In this document: one piece after another, positions 50,882 through 61,633 of the stretch
How positions within the stretch are numbered: position 1 is the stretch's first letter
Layout of the letters: each line of letters opens with the position of its first letter
Sequence record: NZ_CP069608.1
From: a plasmid
Reading direction: 5' to 3' (one strand)
Length of the DNA stretch: 64,000 bases
Notes under the pieces: model-generated
The model's database searches: none
Seen by the model: only the letters and a program-made list of their open reading frames with translations
What the model was told of the DNA's origin: nothing
Made by a program: the position numbers and the translations under genes

Positions 50882-51173
50882 TAAATCAGCTAATAATCAT
50901 TTTCCATGGTCTCATGTAATTGGTTTTATGCTTTCAATTGCTTTAACACTTATAGCCTTATGGGTAGGGTTATATATGAATTTGCCGTTTAATACAGTTG
51001 TTATTATTGTATTTATTCTTGCATTCATTCAAGCTGCTATCCAGCTGTATATGTTTATGCACATGACCGAAAGTAAAAATGGTATTTGGCAATCTGGAAA
51101 TATGCTTTTTGCAGCTTTTATAGCAATAGTCATCGTTGCAGGTACTATATGGGTAATGGGTTCTATGCATTAG
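50874..51173 (+). CDS. qoxD: Cytochrome aa3 quinol oxidase subunit IV
   Basis: Three TM; overlaps the qoxC stop. Confidence 0.75.
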   Translation: MASKSANNHFPWSHVIGFMLSIALTLIALWVGLYMNLPFNTVVIIVFILAFIQAAIQLYMFMHMTESKNGIWQSGNMLFAAFIAIVIVAGTIWVMGSMH

Positions 51174-51441
51174 TAACATAATAATGAAGTATAACAAAAT
51201 TAAAAATGATAAATAATTACCTAATTAGCAGCATGGATGAGTACAGCTACTATTAATTTTCATTTTCCTGATTGAGTAGGCGTGTGTGCAGCTCTATATC
51301 CTTCCAATAGTAGCGACGTCTTCTTTCCATGCTCTATTTGTTATCTATATATTAGGTTCTTATTTTACTGCTCGTTATATTACGAACAGAAAAGTCCTGA
51401 AGAAGAAACTGACACAAACAGCATAAGATTTAATAAATAAA

Positions 51442-51475
51442 AAAAGAGTAAACTTCCAAGTTTGCTCTTTTTTAT
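51442..51475 (+). terminator. Hairpin AGAGTAAACTT-cca-AGTTTGCTCT + T-rich tail downstream of the qox operon
   Basis: Seen in sequence; one mismatch. Confidence 0.5.
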
Positions 51476-51685
51476 TTATATGACATTTATTCAACATATG
51501 AAAGATATCTACTTAACTATAAGGAAACATTAGTATGGCTAGTTCCTTTAATAATTATTGAAGAAAGTTAATGGCTAAGCTTTCATGTCTTATTTTAATT
51601 TTATTACATTTTAAGATATACAGCATATTTAAAGCTATCAGAATTATTAGTGCCAATGGTTTTTCTTCTTTTAATGCTTATTATA

Positions 51686-52200
51686 GTGCGACAAGAAGTC
51701 GCTTTTATATGGTGTGGCTCACGCCACTAGTTTAGACGCAAAAACTATCCCCGTCCAAAACTGCGTTTCTGGTAACGGATTCGTGGGTTGCATGCGGAAA
51801 TGCGGAAACAGATAGTCAATGCACGACTCGGAACACTGCTAAGGGAAGATGAGTATGGTGAACATTAGTGAAGGTTTGTATGCTTCGTAAGAGTTAGCCC
51901 AGGATCATGCACAGATTTGCTTGGGAATTGGCAAGAGGAAAAGTAGATTTATAATGCTGGTGTAGCGCTTCCCGTATCTTGCCCAGAGTAAAGAACCTAC
52001 CTAACCTTGTTGTATCTATAAGATGCAGAACTTGGTAAGCCCTCTGTCATCTGGATAAACTGTAGGGAGATTGTAAGATTAAAATGTATGACAGAGGGTA
52101 AAGGATACGAGATAAAGCAAATGCCGTTGTTTCAAAAGGGAATCGCACGGTTCTTAGGGGAGACAGGGGCAATGATGCCCCTAACTTACCCGACTTAACC
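51686..52200 (+). ncRNA. Candidate ORF-less group II intron-like structured RNA (starts GUGCG; 3' end with DV-like GCCGUUGUUUC...GGAAUCGCACGGUUC and DVI-like hairpin with GGGGCAAUGAUGCCCC)
   Basis: GC-enriched, no ORF, many GAAA/GNRA-type loops; boundaries approximate. Confidence 0.3.
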
Positions 52201-52675
52201 ATATAGATAAACGACAACAAGAAAATAAAACACAAACCTCTAAAAATAGAGATTTGTGTTTTATTTAGATGATTTCTTCAAATAACTGATGATTAGATTA
52301 TATAATAACTTACTAAAAAAATAAAGCTTAGTATTTGATTATGTGAAATACTTATTCAAATTCGAAAGAGAACCATTATCTAAAAAAAAGAGGTCTGCAT
52401 CAGTTTTTTTGTTTAGTTCTTGTAAAGTTCATACTTTTTTATAAAAATTCCCATACATTCCAAGCTTCAATTGCATAATTTAAAATAATTGAAGAAAAAA
52501 GGAGTAGGGTCATTATGAATTTAAAGATAAATAATGAAGATGATTTTAAAAATATTCTACAATTCACCGGAAAATGTTTAGAAAAGATTGGAGATATGTT
52601 TATAAACAAAGCTTTTGTCAACAACGTTTTAAATTTACCCAATATCAGCGAAAACAAATTCCCCGTTATAAACGG

Positions 52676-53440
52676 TTAAGTAGTCAACTTGGCAGGATAA
52701 ATTCCTGCCTTTTTCTTTTCGCGTAGACGATATGAATCTCCCTTTATATTAAATGTAATCGCATGATGAAGAAGCCGATCTAATACAGCTGTTGCCAACA
52801 CTTCATCTCCAAAGACGTTTCCCCAATCAAGATAGGATTTATTTGATGTTAAAACCATTGCTCCTTTCTCATACCGTTTAGATACAACTTGAAAGAAAAC
52901 ATTTGCTGTGAGTTCGTCAAATGGAAAATATCCTACTTCATCTATAATTAAAATATCTGGCCGGCTCCATCGATTGACAAGCCGATGGAGGGTACCTTTC
53001 TCATTTGCCTTTCGGCATTGTTCTACTAAGTCATCTGAGGTTAAGAAGAGAGCTGTATATCCTTTGGTAATGGCCTCTACCGCGAAAGAAATAGCTAAAT
53101 GCGTTTTCCCTACACCAGGTGGACCAAGTAAAATTCGATTTTCTCCATTCGAGATAAATCGGCACGTAAGTGTCTCTTTTACTTGTTTCTCACTAAGACT
53201 TGGTTGAAATGTAAAATCAAAGTCGTGAATCGTTTTGTTATAAGGGAGTTTTGCCTGTTTCATTCGTTTTTCCAATTGTCCCGACTCTTGCTTCTCTATT
53301 TCCTGTAAAACGATGGTGTGAAGAAATTCAGAATATGATACATTATCTTTAGATACGTCTTCTAATACACTATCTAGTTGGTTAGCTGTATGGTGCCAAC
53401 CAAGCTTCCTTAGCCGGTCAATTAAGAGCTCATTCATCAT
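52676..53440 (-). CDS. istB: IS21-family helper ATPase IstB
   Basis: GPPGVGKTHLA Walker A; ILIIDEVGY Walker B. Confidence 0.9.
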   Translation of the reverse strand: MMNELLIDRLRKLGWHHTANQLDSVLEDVSKDNVSYSEFLHTIVLQEIEKQESGQLEKRMKQAKLPYNKTIHDFDFTFQPSLSEKQVKETLTCRFISNGENRILLGPPGVGKTHLAISFAVEAITKGYTALFLTSDDLVEQCRKANEKGTLHRLVNRWSRPDILIIDEVGYFPFDELTANVFFQVVSKRYEKGAMVLTSNKSYLDWGNVFGDEVLATAVLDRLLHHAITFNIKGDSYRLREKKKAGIYPAKLTT

Positions 53441-54699
53441 ACATGTTCACCTTCTTCTAATGCTGCGTAAGCAGCGAGAGGACGTTTCTCTACTTTAGGG
53501 GATGGGTCTTGTGATTGAGAAACATCGGTCGCCAAACCTTCAATGTGTTTCTCTTTCTGACCCATCTCTGTCTTCTGTAAACCTTGATAATGTTCCATCC
53601 GGATATGTGTCGTTGCGTTTCCAGTAAGAATAGGATGTTTTGCTATACATTCATGTTCATCGTATATTTCTATATGATGATTTAATGTTTCCTTTACTTT
53701 AACGGTCTGTCCAACATAACGATAAGGAACGGAGTATTGTTTTCCCCCGTATGATATAAAACAATCTCGACTAACCTCTCTATGCTCCCAATGGGAAGTA
53801 GGAAATAAAGGTTTTTCCCCCCAGGCCTTCAGGAACTTCTGTTCCTGCTCAAACCTCTTAAAGGGTGCTTCATTTGTTGTCTGATTTTCCTTTTTATTAG
53901 CCACCTGATTTAACCATTCTTTTATATCCTCGTTTAACGCATTCAGTGTTGGTTCATGTTTTCTTTGAAAAAAGTTATCTTTTAAATACTTTACCGTTCT
54001 TTCTACTTTCCCTTTTGTTTGAGGCCTCCTTGGACGGCAGGCCTTTGGCACAATTCCATAGTAAGCCAAGAAATCTTCGAATTTCCGATTAAAACGAACT
54101 TCCACTGGGCTGTGCTTGATCACCACTGTTTTCATGTTATCGTAAAGGATTTGGTCTGGTATCCCATTAAAATAAGAGAAAGCATTCATATGGCATTTCA
54201 TTAAAGTTTCTAGGTTCATATTCGTTGTGAATTCTACATATTTCATCCGGGAATAACCCAAAATCATGATAAATCCATATACATCTTGCAGCACATCATT
54301 TACTAAGTACTTCCCGACATACGCCCAGTCCATTTGAGCTTGCTTTCCAGGTGGCGTTTCAAACCGTAAGGTTGCCTGTTTCTTTGGTTGTTGGCGAAGA
54401 GGACGAACAAAATCTCTTAAGATTGTGAGCTGACCTTCATAACCCATTGCTTGTATTTCTTCTAATAAGACTACGCAATTAGTGGTACCCTCTTTAAGCC
54501 GTCCAAGTATGTACGGTTTGTAAGGGGTTAATTTGCTTTCTTTTTTCTGTTTACTTCCTTTACGCTTAGGTAACTGGTTATCTTTTAGGTATTTACTGAC
54601 TGTTTTGCGATCGAAACCCGTTGCTTCTGCAATAGCTGTTTTCGTCCAACCTTTTTGAAACAATTCTCTAATCATAAAAAACTCCCCAATCTTCAGCAC
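53437..54699 (-). CDS. istA: IS21-family transposase IstA
   Basis: HTH (GWTKTAIAEATGFDRKTV); DDE integrase core. Confidence 0.85.
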   Translation of the reverse strand: MLKIGEFFMIRELFQKGWTKTAIAEATGFDRKTVSKYLKDNQLPKRKGSKQKKESKLTPYKPYILGRLKEGTTNCVVLLEEIQAMGYEGQLTILRDFVRPLRQQPKKQATLRFETPPGKQAQMDWAYVGKYLVNDVLQDVYGFIMILGYSRMKYVEFTTNMNLETLMKCHMNAFSYFNGIPDQILYDNMKTVVIKHSPVEVRFNRKFEDFLAYYGIVPKACRPRRPQTKGKVERTVKYLKDNFFQRKHEPTLNALNEDIKEWLNQVANKKENQTTNEAPFKRFEQEQKFLKAWGEKPLFPTSHWEHREVSRDCFISYGGKQYSVPYRYVGQTVKVKETLNHHIEIYDEHECIAKHPILTGNATTHIRMEHYQGLQKTEMGQKEKHIEGLATDVSQSQDPSPKVEKRPLAAYAALEEGEHV

Positions 54700-55433
54700 C
54701 GTTTCTCCACTCCATCCATGATGTTGTCTTGAAACGATTATCTGTTATTATTGGGGAATTTGGAATCGCTGTTATTGAGTATTTTACAGTCGCTGATTAC
54801 AGCTTTAATGTTACAGAAAGAATTAAATGAAATACAAGATGAAAATCAAAAACTACAATTAGAGAAGAAAATTAAACAGTTGGAAAAACAAATAGAACTG
54901 GTACAAAAGAACATAAAAAATGTGCCTTTTTAATATTAAATTTAATTTTTAATTTTAAGAGTGTATTAATTCTCTTTTTATAAAAGGGGGTCGATGTATA
55001 AAGAAAAATCCGTTTACTTAATTCCCTTAATATATAGAAGTAACTCGTCAAAAAATAAGCCTGTACCTTAAATAAGAGGATATAAACTTACTTTTAATAA
55101 AAGTGAAGCATATTGTAAAACATTAAATGTTTTACAATTTTAAACACACACAAATTTCAAATCAATACAGTTGAGTTTTCTTGAATAAATTCCCTTTTTA
55201 TGAAATTCAAGGCCACATAAAAACATATATACATTCCTCTGAGCAACACTAATCATCATTATAAAAAGCAAAGAAGCTTAAGCCCAATAAATATAAAGTG
55301 TGAAATTATGTTTTTCTGAAAGAATCGAAAGAATAAATTAGTAAATCTTTTGGTTGAAATGGGTGGTCATATGCTAATCATTAAATACCTTGAATATGGG
55401 CATACTACACTTATTCCCATTAGGAGGTGCGTC

Positions 55434-55613
55434 ATGAAGAAACAGTTCAAAGATTCTCAACCTGCATTAGGAGATGACAGATTCAATACAGCTGGATATA
55501 ATTCGACTGAAGCAAATGTGAATGACCCTTACAAGGAAAATGTCTTTCAAGCCAAGGATGAAATTCCTACACCTGTAAGTAACAAGCATTCTTCTGAAAC
55601 TTCAAAACCATAA
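55434..55613 (+). CDS. Small hydrophilic protein (59 aa), hypothetical
   Basis: AGGAGGTG RBS then ATG; N/D/E/K-rich. Confidence 0.4.
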   Translation: MKKQFKDSQPALGDDRFNTAGYNSTEANVNDPYKENVFQAKDEIPTPVSNKHSSETSKP

Positions 55614-55632
55614 GCCCTTTACAGAAAATATA

Positions 55633-55680
55633 GTTACTTCAATAAATCCTATTATTAAAAATAGGATTTATTGAAGTAAC
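55633..55680. repeat. Perfect 21-bp inverted repeat GTTACTTCAATAAATCCTATT-attaaa-AATAGGATTTATTGAAGTAAC
   Basis: Seen in sequence; no adjacent U-tract on the + strand. Confidence 0.5.
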
Positions 55681-55824
55681 AGATATATATTTCTAAAAAA
55701 TTGGGAACAGGATTATTAATTACTCTTATTACTCTTTATAGTGGTATTTCTTATAAATGAAAGATGCTCATGTATTCATAATATAGAGCGAGGCACCTAA
55801 CATATTCAAAGAGGCGATATTTTT

Positions 55825-56736
55825 ATGTTAACAAAGAAATTTTCTTTTTTATTTTCCTTAGGAACTACGATTTTAACTTTCTTAACGTTACTTTTAGAGA
55901 ACATTAAATTATCTACAAATTCAACGATAGCTTGTAAGAACACTTGGTTAAAGTGTAATGGTTATTGGTTTCCTGATTCCTTTAATTATCATACAATGGT
56001 TGAATATTCTTACCGACTATTTACTATTTTGTTAGGGGCTACAATCCTAGTCAATTTCATTGTTACTTTTAGAAATAATTACAGAAAAAAAACGATTCTT
56101 ATAATATTAGGATTATTGAGCTTGTTTCTGTTTTTGTTTCAATTAGTAATAGGAATATTAAATGTTCAATTAGAAAATCGTCTTACGCTTACAACGCTTG
56201 AGATGGCGTTTAGTTTATCTTTGCTAGTCTGTTTAATTTTTTTAACGATAAAACTATACAGTAATACAGTGAAAAAAAGTCATGATGATAATCCCATCTC
56301 GGGTCAAATAAACCTTCCTGCAATTGAATTATTTATATGTTTATACCTTAACATTATCTTAGGCGTGTTTTTTAAACAGGTACATCTCAATAAAGAAAAT
56401 TTTAGAGGATATGAATTAGAGCTTATATTTGAAAAACCTCTGGTTCCAGACTTATTACACTTTATTCATAGTATAATTGCAATTGTAATTTTACTAGGAG
56501 GCATCTATCTTTTTGCTTTCCTTAGGCACACTAATCTTCGAATTATGTCAATGTTATTATTAGTTTTTATTGTGTTTGGTTCATTGTTAAGTTTTATTTC
56601 GTACATAAACGAATTAAATTCATTTTTTGAATCTGTCCATACAATAGTTTCAACTATTTCATTAAGTTTATTAAGTATTATAGTCGCCTATTTGATATTT
56701 ATTAATAACCCCAAAATAAATATTGACGATTATTAA
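55825..56736 (+). CDS. CtaA/COX15-like (haem A synthase-like) polytopic membrane protein, divergent
   Basis: IACKNTWLKCNGYWFPDSFNYHTMVEYSYRLFTILLGA aligns with the CtaA N-terminal loop GCGRQWPLCHGRFFP....EWSHRF. The conserved His is Tyr here and the second Cys pair is absent. Confidence 0.4.
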   Translation: MLTKKFSFLFSLGTTILTFLTLLLENIKLSTNSTIACKNTWLKCNGYWFPDSFNYHTMVEYSYRLFTILLGATILVNFIVTFRNNYRKKTILIILGLLSLFLFLFQLVIGILNVQLENRLTLTTLEMAFSLSLLVCLIFLTIKLYSNTVKKSHDDNPISGQINLPAIELFICLYLNIILGVFFKQVHLNKENFRGYELELIFEKPLVPDLLHFIHSIIAIVILLGGIYLFAFLRHTNLRIMSMLLLVFIVFGSLLSFISYINELNSFFESVHTIVSTISLSLLSIIVAYLIFINNPKINIDDY

Positions 56737-57032
56737 ATTATATTTTCTTTTAGATATATTATAAAAAATTGATAATATATCGATAAAATGCTAAAAGAGT
56801 TTATTGATGTTTTGTTACAATTTTAGTTATTTGTAAAAGTGAATTTCACCTTATTATTTACATAGATGAGGTGAAATTCACTATAATTTTAGGATAATTC
56901 TAACAAAAATTATTTAATACTTTTGCAAACTCATTTACTCAATTATTAATGCAATACTTGATTCTCTATAGAGTAAAAAAAGAATACAATGTTCTTTTTA
57001 GAACACTGTATTCTTTTTCTTTATTCTATAGT

Positions 57033-58088
57033 TTAATTAAAGAGCTGGTTAAATCTATTAGCATCGAGTTCTTTAATTAGTTCTGTTAACAATTTTGCAC
57101 TGTTTTCTAAATCTTTTTTGCTTACCATTGATACATGACTGTGAATATAACGAGCTGCAACTCCTATCACTATAGTAGGTACGCCTTTTTTAAATAAATG
57201 AAATCTCCCTGCATCTGTTCCGCCACCAAGCATTATATCTACCTGATATGGTATACTATTTTTTTCTGCAATTTCTATAACTAAATCTCTCAAAGATGTA
57301 TGTGGAATCAGTGAGGAATCAAGAAATGTAATTAATGGGCCACTTCCTAACTTTGCTTTATTTGAATTATCACTTGGTCCATCCTGTGCTATTCCCACAT
57401 CTACTGCAATAGAAAGATCTGGCTCCATTATATAAGGTGCAGTAGTAGCTCCTCTTAGACCAACTTCTTCTTGAACTGTAGCACCACAATAAACGGTATT
57501 TGAATGATTTACTTCACTGATCTGTTTAAGCACCTCAAGAGCTAAATAGCAACCAGCCCGATTATCAAGTGCTTTAGCAAGAATAGTGTCATTGTCAGGA
57601 AGTAATTCAAATGGACAAATAGGAATAATAGGATCACCCACTTTAATGCCCCATTGTTTTACCTGATCTTTGTCATTTGCTCCAATATCAATAAACATTT
57701 CTCTCATAGGATAGACTTTTTTAAGTTCCTCAGCCTGTAAAATATGTGGAGGTTTAGATCCAATTACTCCAGTAAATGTTTTATCTTTTGTTATTACCTT
57801 TACTCTCTGTGCTAGCAAGACTTGATCCCACCAACCGCCAAGAGGAACAAACCGAAGATAACCGTCTTTTGTAATTTCACTTACCATAAAGGCTACTTCG
57901 TCCATATGACCTGCAAGCAGAATTTTAGGACCGTTTTCAGATCCACATTTCTCTCCAAATATACTTCCAAGACGATCATATACAGTTTTTGTACCTGTTT
58001 TTTCGATTTCGCGTTTCATTATCTCTCTAATCGGTTTTTCAAAACCAGGTGCACCATTTGCTTCGGTTAATTCTTTCAATAAATCCAT
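57033..58088 (-). CDS. M42-family aminopeptidase (YsdC/FrvX/PepA-like)
   Basis: LLKELTEANGAPGFE...ILLAGHMDEVAFMVSEITKDGYLRF; metal-ligand D/E/H pattern. Confidence 0.8.
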   Translation of the reverse strand: MDLLKELTEANGAPGFEKPIREIMKREIEKTGTKTVYDRLGSIFGEKCGSENGPKILLAGHMDEVAFMVSEITKDGYLRFVPLGGWWDQVLLAQRVKVITKDKTFTGVIGSKPPHILQAEELKKVYPMREMFIDIGANDKDQVKQWGIKVGDPIIPICPFELLPDNDTILAKALDNRAGCYLALEVLKQISEVNHSNTVYCGATVQEEVGLRGATTAPYIMEPDLSIAVDVGIAQDGPSDNSNKAKLGSGPLITFLDSSLIPHTSLRDLVIEIAEKNSIPYQVDIMLGGGTDAGRFHLFKKGVPTIVIGVAARYIHSHVSMVSKKDLENSAKLLTELIKELDANRFNQLFN

Positions 58089-58914
58089 TTAGCTCACCAT
58101 CCTCTACTACTTAGAATGGTGAATTAGAGAGATATTATTCTACTTTTAAAAAATTATAATTTACTGTTAATGCTAAAATTCTTTGACGGATACGAAACTA
58201 TATATACTAAATGTGATTACTTCTCTATATCTCCATGAGCATGATATTATTGATGGGAAACAATGATTACTTTAAGCAGGTGTATAAATGTTCTCATACA
58301 TATATGATTGTTAATTTTTTAATGTTTTTATAATTTGGATATTTAATAAAACACTAAAAGATAATATGAATTAGAAAAACCATTAATAATCCTGATTTCA
58401 ATCCTATACTTATTTATCTTGCTACTTATTAACCTATATTCAGTGATTTTAGACGAAGATTTAACCAAGCATAGAATAGATCCAATTTACAATTTCATTA
58501 TTAATACATAGGAAAGGGATTTTCTATATACGGACATTCATAAATTTATTAAGGAAATCATTTTATCATTTCCTATAAGGGCGTTATTTTAGATAATTTT
58601 TTCAAAATTGAATAATTCCCAAAAAATATTTTAACTGGATTTATTTTTAAATTGAAATATCTTTGTCTACAATTGCTTTTGTTATTAATCCCAATTGGAA
58701 AATGTTGTATTTAAGCTATTTGTTTTTAAACACTGTAGGAAGTGGGAGAGGTTATTTATTACAAAATCAACTTTAAAAAATTTATTTGGTTTTTATACAT
58801 AACCTAAAATATAGATATAGACTCAAGTTTTTTCTATAGAAGGAATGCAACTAGAGTAAGTAATTAATATTTATGGTATATTATTTCAATTAATTATAGG
58901 AGGTACTAAATGGT

Positions 58915-59163
58915 ATGACTTTGATTAATTTATTATTTAGTATTATAGGTTTACAAGTACTTGGCCTAGGACTTGATATTGTGGGTATTTGTTTTATTAC
59001 ATGGGACATTGCTTTTCCTTTTACAGATACTGAGAAGTTAAAGAATTTAAAAGGAAATGCAATTAATCCGTTAAAAACTAAAAAGAAAACGATAATAGGC
59101 TTAGGGCTCATGATTTGGGGATTCATATTTCAAATGTTAGCATTATTTGTTGATAGATTTTAA
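58915..59163 (+). CDS. Small 2-TM membrane protein, hypothetical
   Basis: AGGAGG RBS; preferred over the overlapping minus-strand ORF. Confidence 0.35.
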   Translation: MTLINLLFSIIGLQVLGLGLDIVGICFITWDIAFPFTDTEKLKNLKGNAINPLKTKKKTIIGLGLMIWGFIFQMLALFVDRF

Positions 59164-59471
59164 AGTAATCTATTTTCATTAAAACTAATTTAAATTTTAA
59201 TAATATGTATTACTTTTCCAGCTATAATTTATAAAAAAATATAATTATATACCCTATCCATAACATCAATAAGAAAATAAATTGTTTTTCTATATAAAGA
59301 ATTACAGTCCATAATAGCAATAATAGAGAAATTACTAGTGAATTCATCTTCATTTTCATAACTCCCTTCTAATGAACCTCTTTTCTATAAAATCAAAAAC
59401 AAAAGAAGTATATGTTATACTTCTTTTGTGGATAACATTTCCTATTTATTCATTTTAATTATATATTGCCC

Positions 59472-59996
59472 TTATGGAACAATAAGTTCTAAACTCTGTT
59501 TAATATCTTTCTTAGTCATACCGCCTATGAAAATCTTTTTTACTTTACCGTTTTTATCTATTAGGTATGTAGCAGGGAGAGGATCTACTCCATAGGCATC
59601 TACCACTTCACTCTGTTTATCAATTATAACAGGAAATTTTAAATTATATCTTTCGATGAAAGTTTTGACTGCTATATTTGTCTCACCAACATCTACAGCA
59701 AGAATCTCTACTCCCTTTTTCTTATACTCTGGATACAACGTATTCATAAAGGGCATTTCTTTTTCACAAGGTTTGCACCAGGTTCCCCAGAAGTTTACAA
59801 AAACCCCCTTACCTCTATAATCTGAAAGTTGATGCCTTTTCCCCTGTAAATCTATCAAAGCAAAATCAGGTGCAACTGAACCTACTTTTACTTTTTCTTT
59901 ATTAATAAAAAAGTTTAGATAAAACGTATATCCTAGAGCTCCAAATAATACAAGTAAAATAGCAATTCTTATAACTAAACGCCTCTTCTTATCCAT
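59472..59996 (-). CDS. TlpA/ResA-family thiol-disulfide oxidoreductase (membrane-anchored thioredoxin fold, CKPC)
   Basis: FVNFWGTWCKPCEKEMPFM...GVEILAVDVGE...DAYGVDPLPATYLIDKNGKV closely parallels B. subtilis ResA/StoA. Confidence 0.8.
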   Translation of the reverse strand: MDKKRRLVIRIAILLVLFGALGYTFYLNFFINKEKVKVGSVAPDFALIDLQGKRHQLSDYRGKGVFVNFWGTWCKPCEKEMPFMNTLYPEYKKKGVEILAVDVGETNIAVKTFIERYNLKFPVIIDKQSEVVDAYGVDPLPATYLIDKNGKVKKIFIGGMTKKDIKQSLELIVP

Positions 59997-60573
59997 ATCT
60001 TACCCTCTCCTCTTGAATAATTCTTTCGAACTTCTTTTATCAAGATTAAACCACTATGATAGAATCAAAGTTTACTGAAGGACATCACTATACTTCCTTT
60101 TAAAAATTCACAATCATTTACAAGGAAGGTTTATCAAAATGAAAAATGTTACTAACAAAAGATGAGTTACCTACCGTTATTTTATCATCAATTACATTCC
60201 TAAAAATCCCCTTTTTAAATTACGAAAGAAATTAATAACACTATCTCTCTTGAAAATGAACATTTTGTTGCAGTCAATAAATAAAGGGAACTAACCGTTA
60301 ATATTTTTAAAAAATAAGATAGAATAGTTTAATAAAATAAATTGTATTAATTGTATATTAATCTGCCGACCATGAGGTAGTTTTCACTCTGCTACCTTAT
60401 AATTCCCTATGTTATCTGCAATCATCTATAGTCAATTACCACTAATAGATTTTGTATTTTTAGGAAGACATTACAAATTCATTCAGTAAGTTCAAAATAT
60501 GTTCAAAATTAATTAATTGTTTTCAAACGATAACATGTTACGATCAGATAAATACAAGAAACGAGGCTCAGAT

Positions 60574-61215
60574 ATGTTGGAAATTATCTCCGCCGGTATT
60601 GCTCCCGGTCTCGCACTTATGAGCTACTTTTATTTAAAAGATGAGTACGATACAGAACCAATTTTATTGGTATTAAAAATTTTTATTTTTGGTGCCTTGT
60701 TAGTACTTCCAATTATGTTTATTCAGCATACTTTGACAGAAGAGAATATATGGACATCTCCATTTAAACAAACCTTTTTGTTAGCTGGTTTATTAGAAGA
60801 GTTTTTCAAATGGTTCATTTTATTTTTCACAGTTTATAAACATGTAGAATTTGATGAACATTATGATGGAATTGTATACGGAGTAGCAATTTCACTAGGC
60901 TTTGCAACCCTAGAGAATATTTTTTATTTGTTAGCAAACGGGCTTCACACAGCCATCGGCAGAGCTATACTTCCCGTATCAAGCAATGCATTATTTGGAG
61001 TTATTATGGGCTATTATTTGGGGAAAGGAAAGTTTTCAAGGAGAAAAGAAAGAAGAAAGTGGATTTTATATTCATTGTTAATTCCTTTTTTTTTACATGG
61101 GACGTATGATTATATTTTAAAAAATATTAGCAACTGGATGATTTTAATGGTTCCATTTATGATGTATTTGTGGTGGTTTGGCTTACGAAAAGTTAAAATG
61201 GTGAAACACCAGTAA
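60574..61215 (+). CDS. prsW: PrsW-family intramembrane protease (anti-sigma-W site-1 protease family)
   Basis: N-terminus [26 protein letters not shown] matches B. subtilis PrsW; EEFFKW, FATLEN and HGTYD motifs. Confidence 0.8.
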   Translation: MLEIISAGIAPGLALMSYFYLKDEYDTEPILLVLKIFIFGALLVLPIMFIQHTLTEENIWTSPFKQTFLLAGLLEEFFKWFILFFTVYKHVEFDEHYDGIVYGVAISLGFATLENIFYLLANGLHTAIGRAILPVSSNALFGVIMGYYLGKGKFSRRKERRKWILYSLLIPFFLHGTYDYILKNISNWMILMVPFMMYLWWFGLRKVKMVKHQ

Positions 61216-61326
61216 TTAAATATTAATGATAGTTATACTGATAACAAGAAGAAATTTAGTTAAGAGATTTCGACAGAAACATATATATATTGAAATGATA
61301 TAGGTAATGAAAGGAGACGGATGTAA

Positions 61327-61512
61327 ATGGGTAACAAAAAAGGGAAAAGAGAGTTAGGAATAAAAACGAATTTGAATGAGGATAACTCGTTTAAAAATCA
61401 TAAATCGGTGGATTTATCCAAGTCAGGATTTTTGAAGGCTTCATTACCAATTATAGCACTTGGGGCAGTTGTCCTGTTTGCTACCTTAAAAAATCATGGC
61501 TTCTTGTCTTAA
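61327..61512 (+). CDS. Small protein with C-terminal TM, hypothetical
   Basis: ORF only. Confidence 0.3.
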   Translation: MGNKKGKRELGIKTNLNEDNSFKNHKSVDLSKSGFLKASLPIIALGAVVLFATLKNHGFLS

Positions 61513-61633
61513 AATCTTAATAGGTAAGATCCTATTCGTAAATATTGGAAAATCCTCTCTATTAATAGTTTCTGAAGTAGAGAAATATAACTAACAATTT
61601 AAAGAAGCAATTGTTACTTTCTCCTTATTGTTA

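Larger units (their letters stand above)
52597..54815 (-). mobile_element. IS21-family insertion sequence no. 2 (different member; istA 420 aa, istB 254 aa); ends approximate (alternative left end at 52575)
   Basis: Terminal IRs TGTTTATAAACAAAGCTTTTGTCAACAACG...CAATATCAGCGAAAACAAATTCCCC versus TGTAACATTAAAGCTGTAATCAGCGAC...CAATAACAGCGATTCCAAATTCCCC (reverse complement). Confidence 0.65.

Noticed and set aside
48849-51197. Several minus-strand ORFs inside qoxB/qoxC/qoxD
   Set aside because: Antisense to strongly supported oxidase genes.
52439-52657. 72-aa minus-strand ORF
   Set aside because: Overlaps the IS21 no. 2 terminal repeat and the better-supported + strand small ORF; no RBS.
58890-59126. 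78-aa minus-strand ORF
   Set aside because: Overlaps the + strand 2-TM ORF, which has an AGGAGG RBS; the minus frame lacks one.
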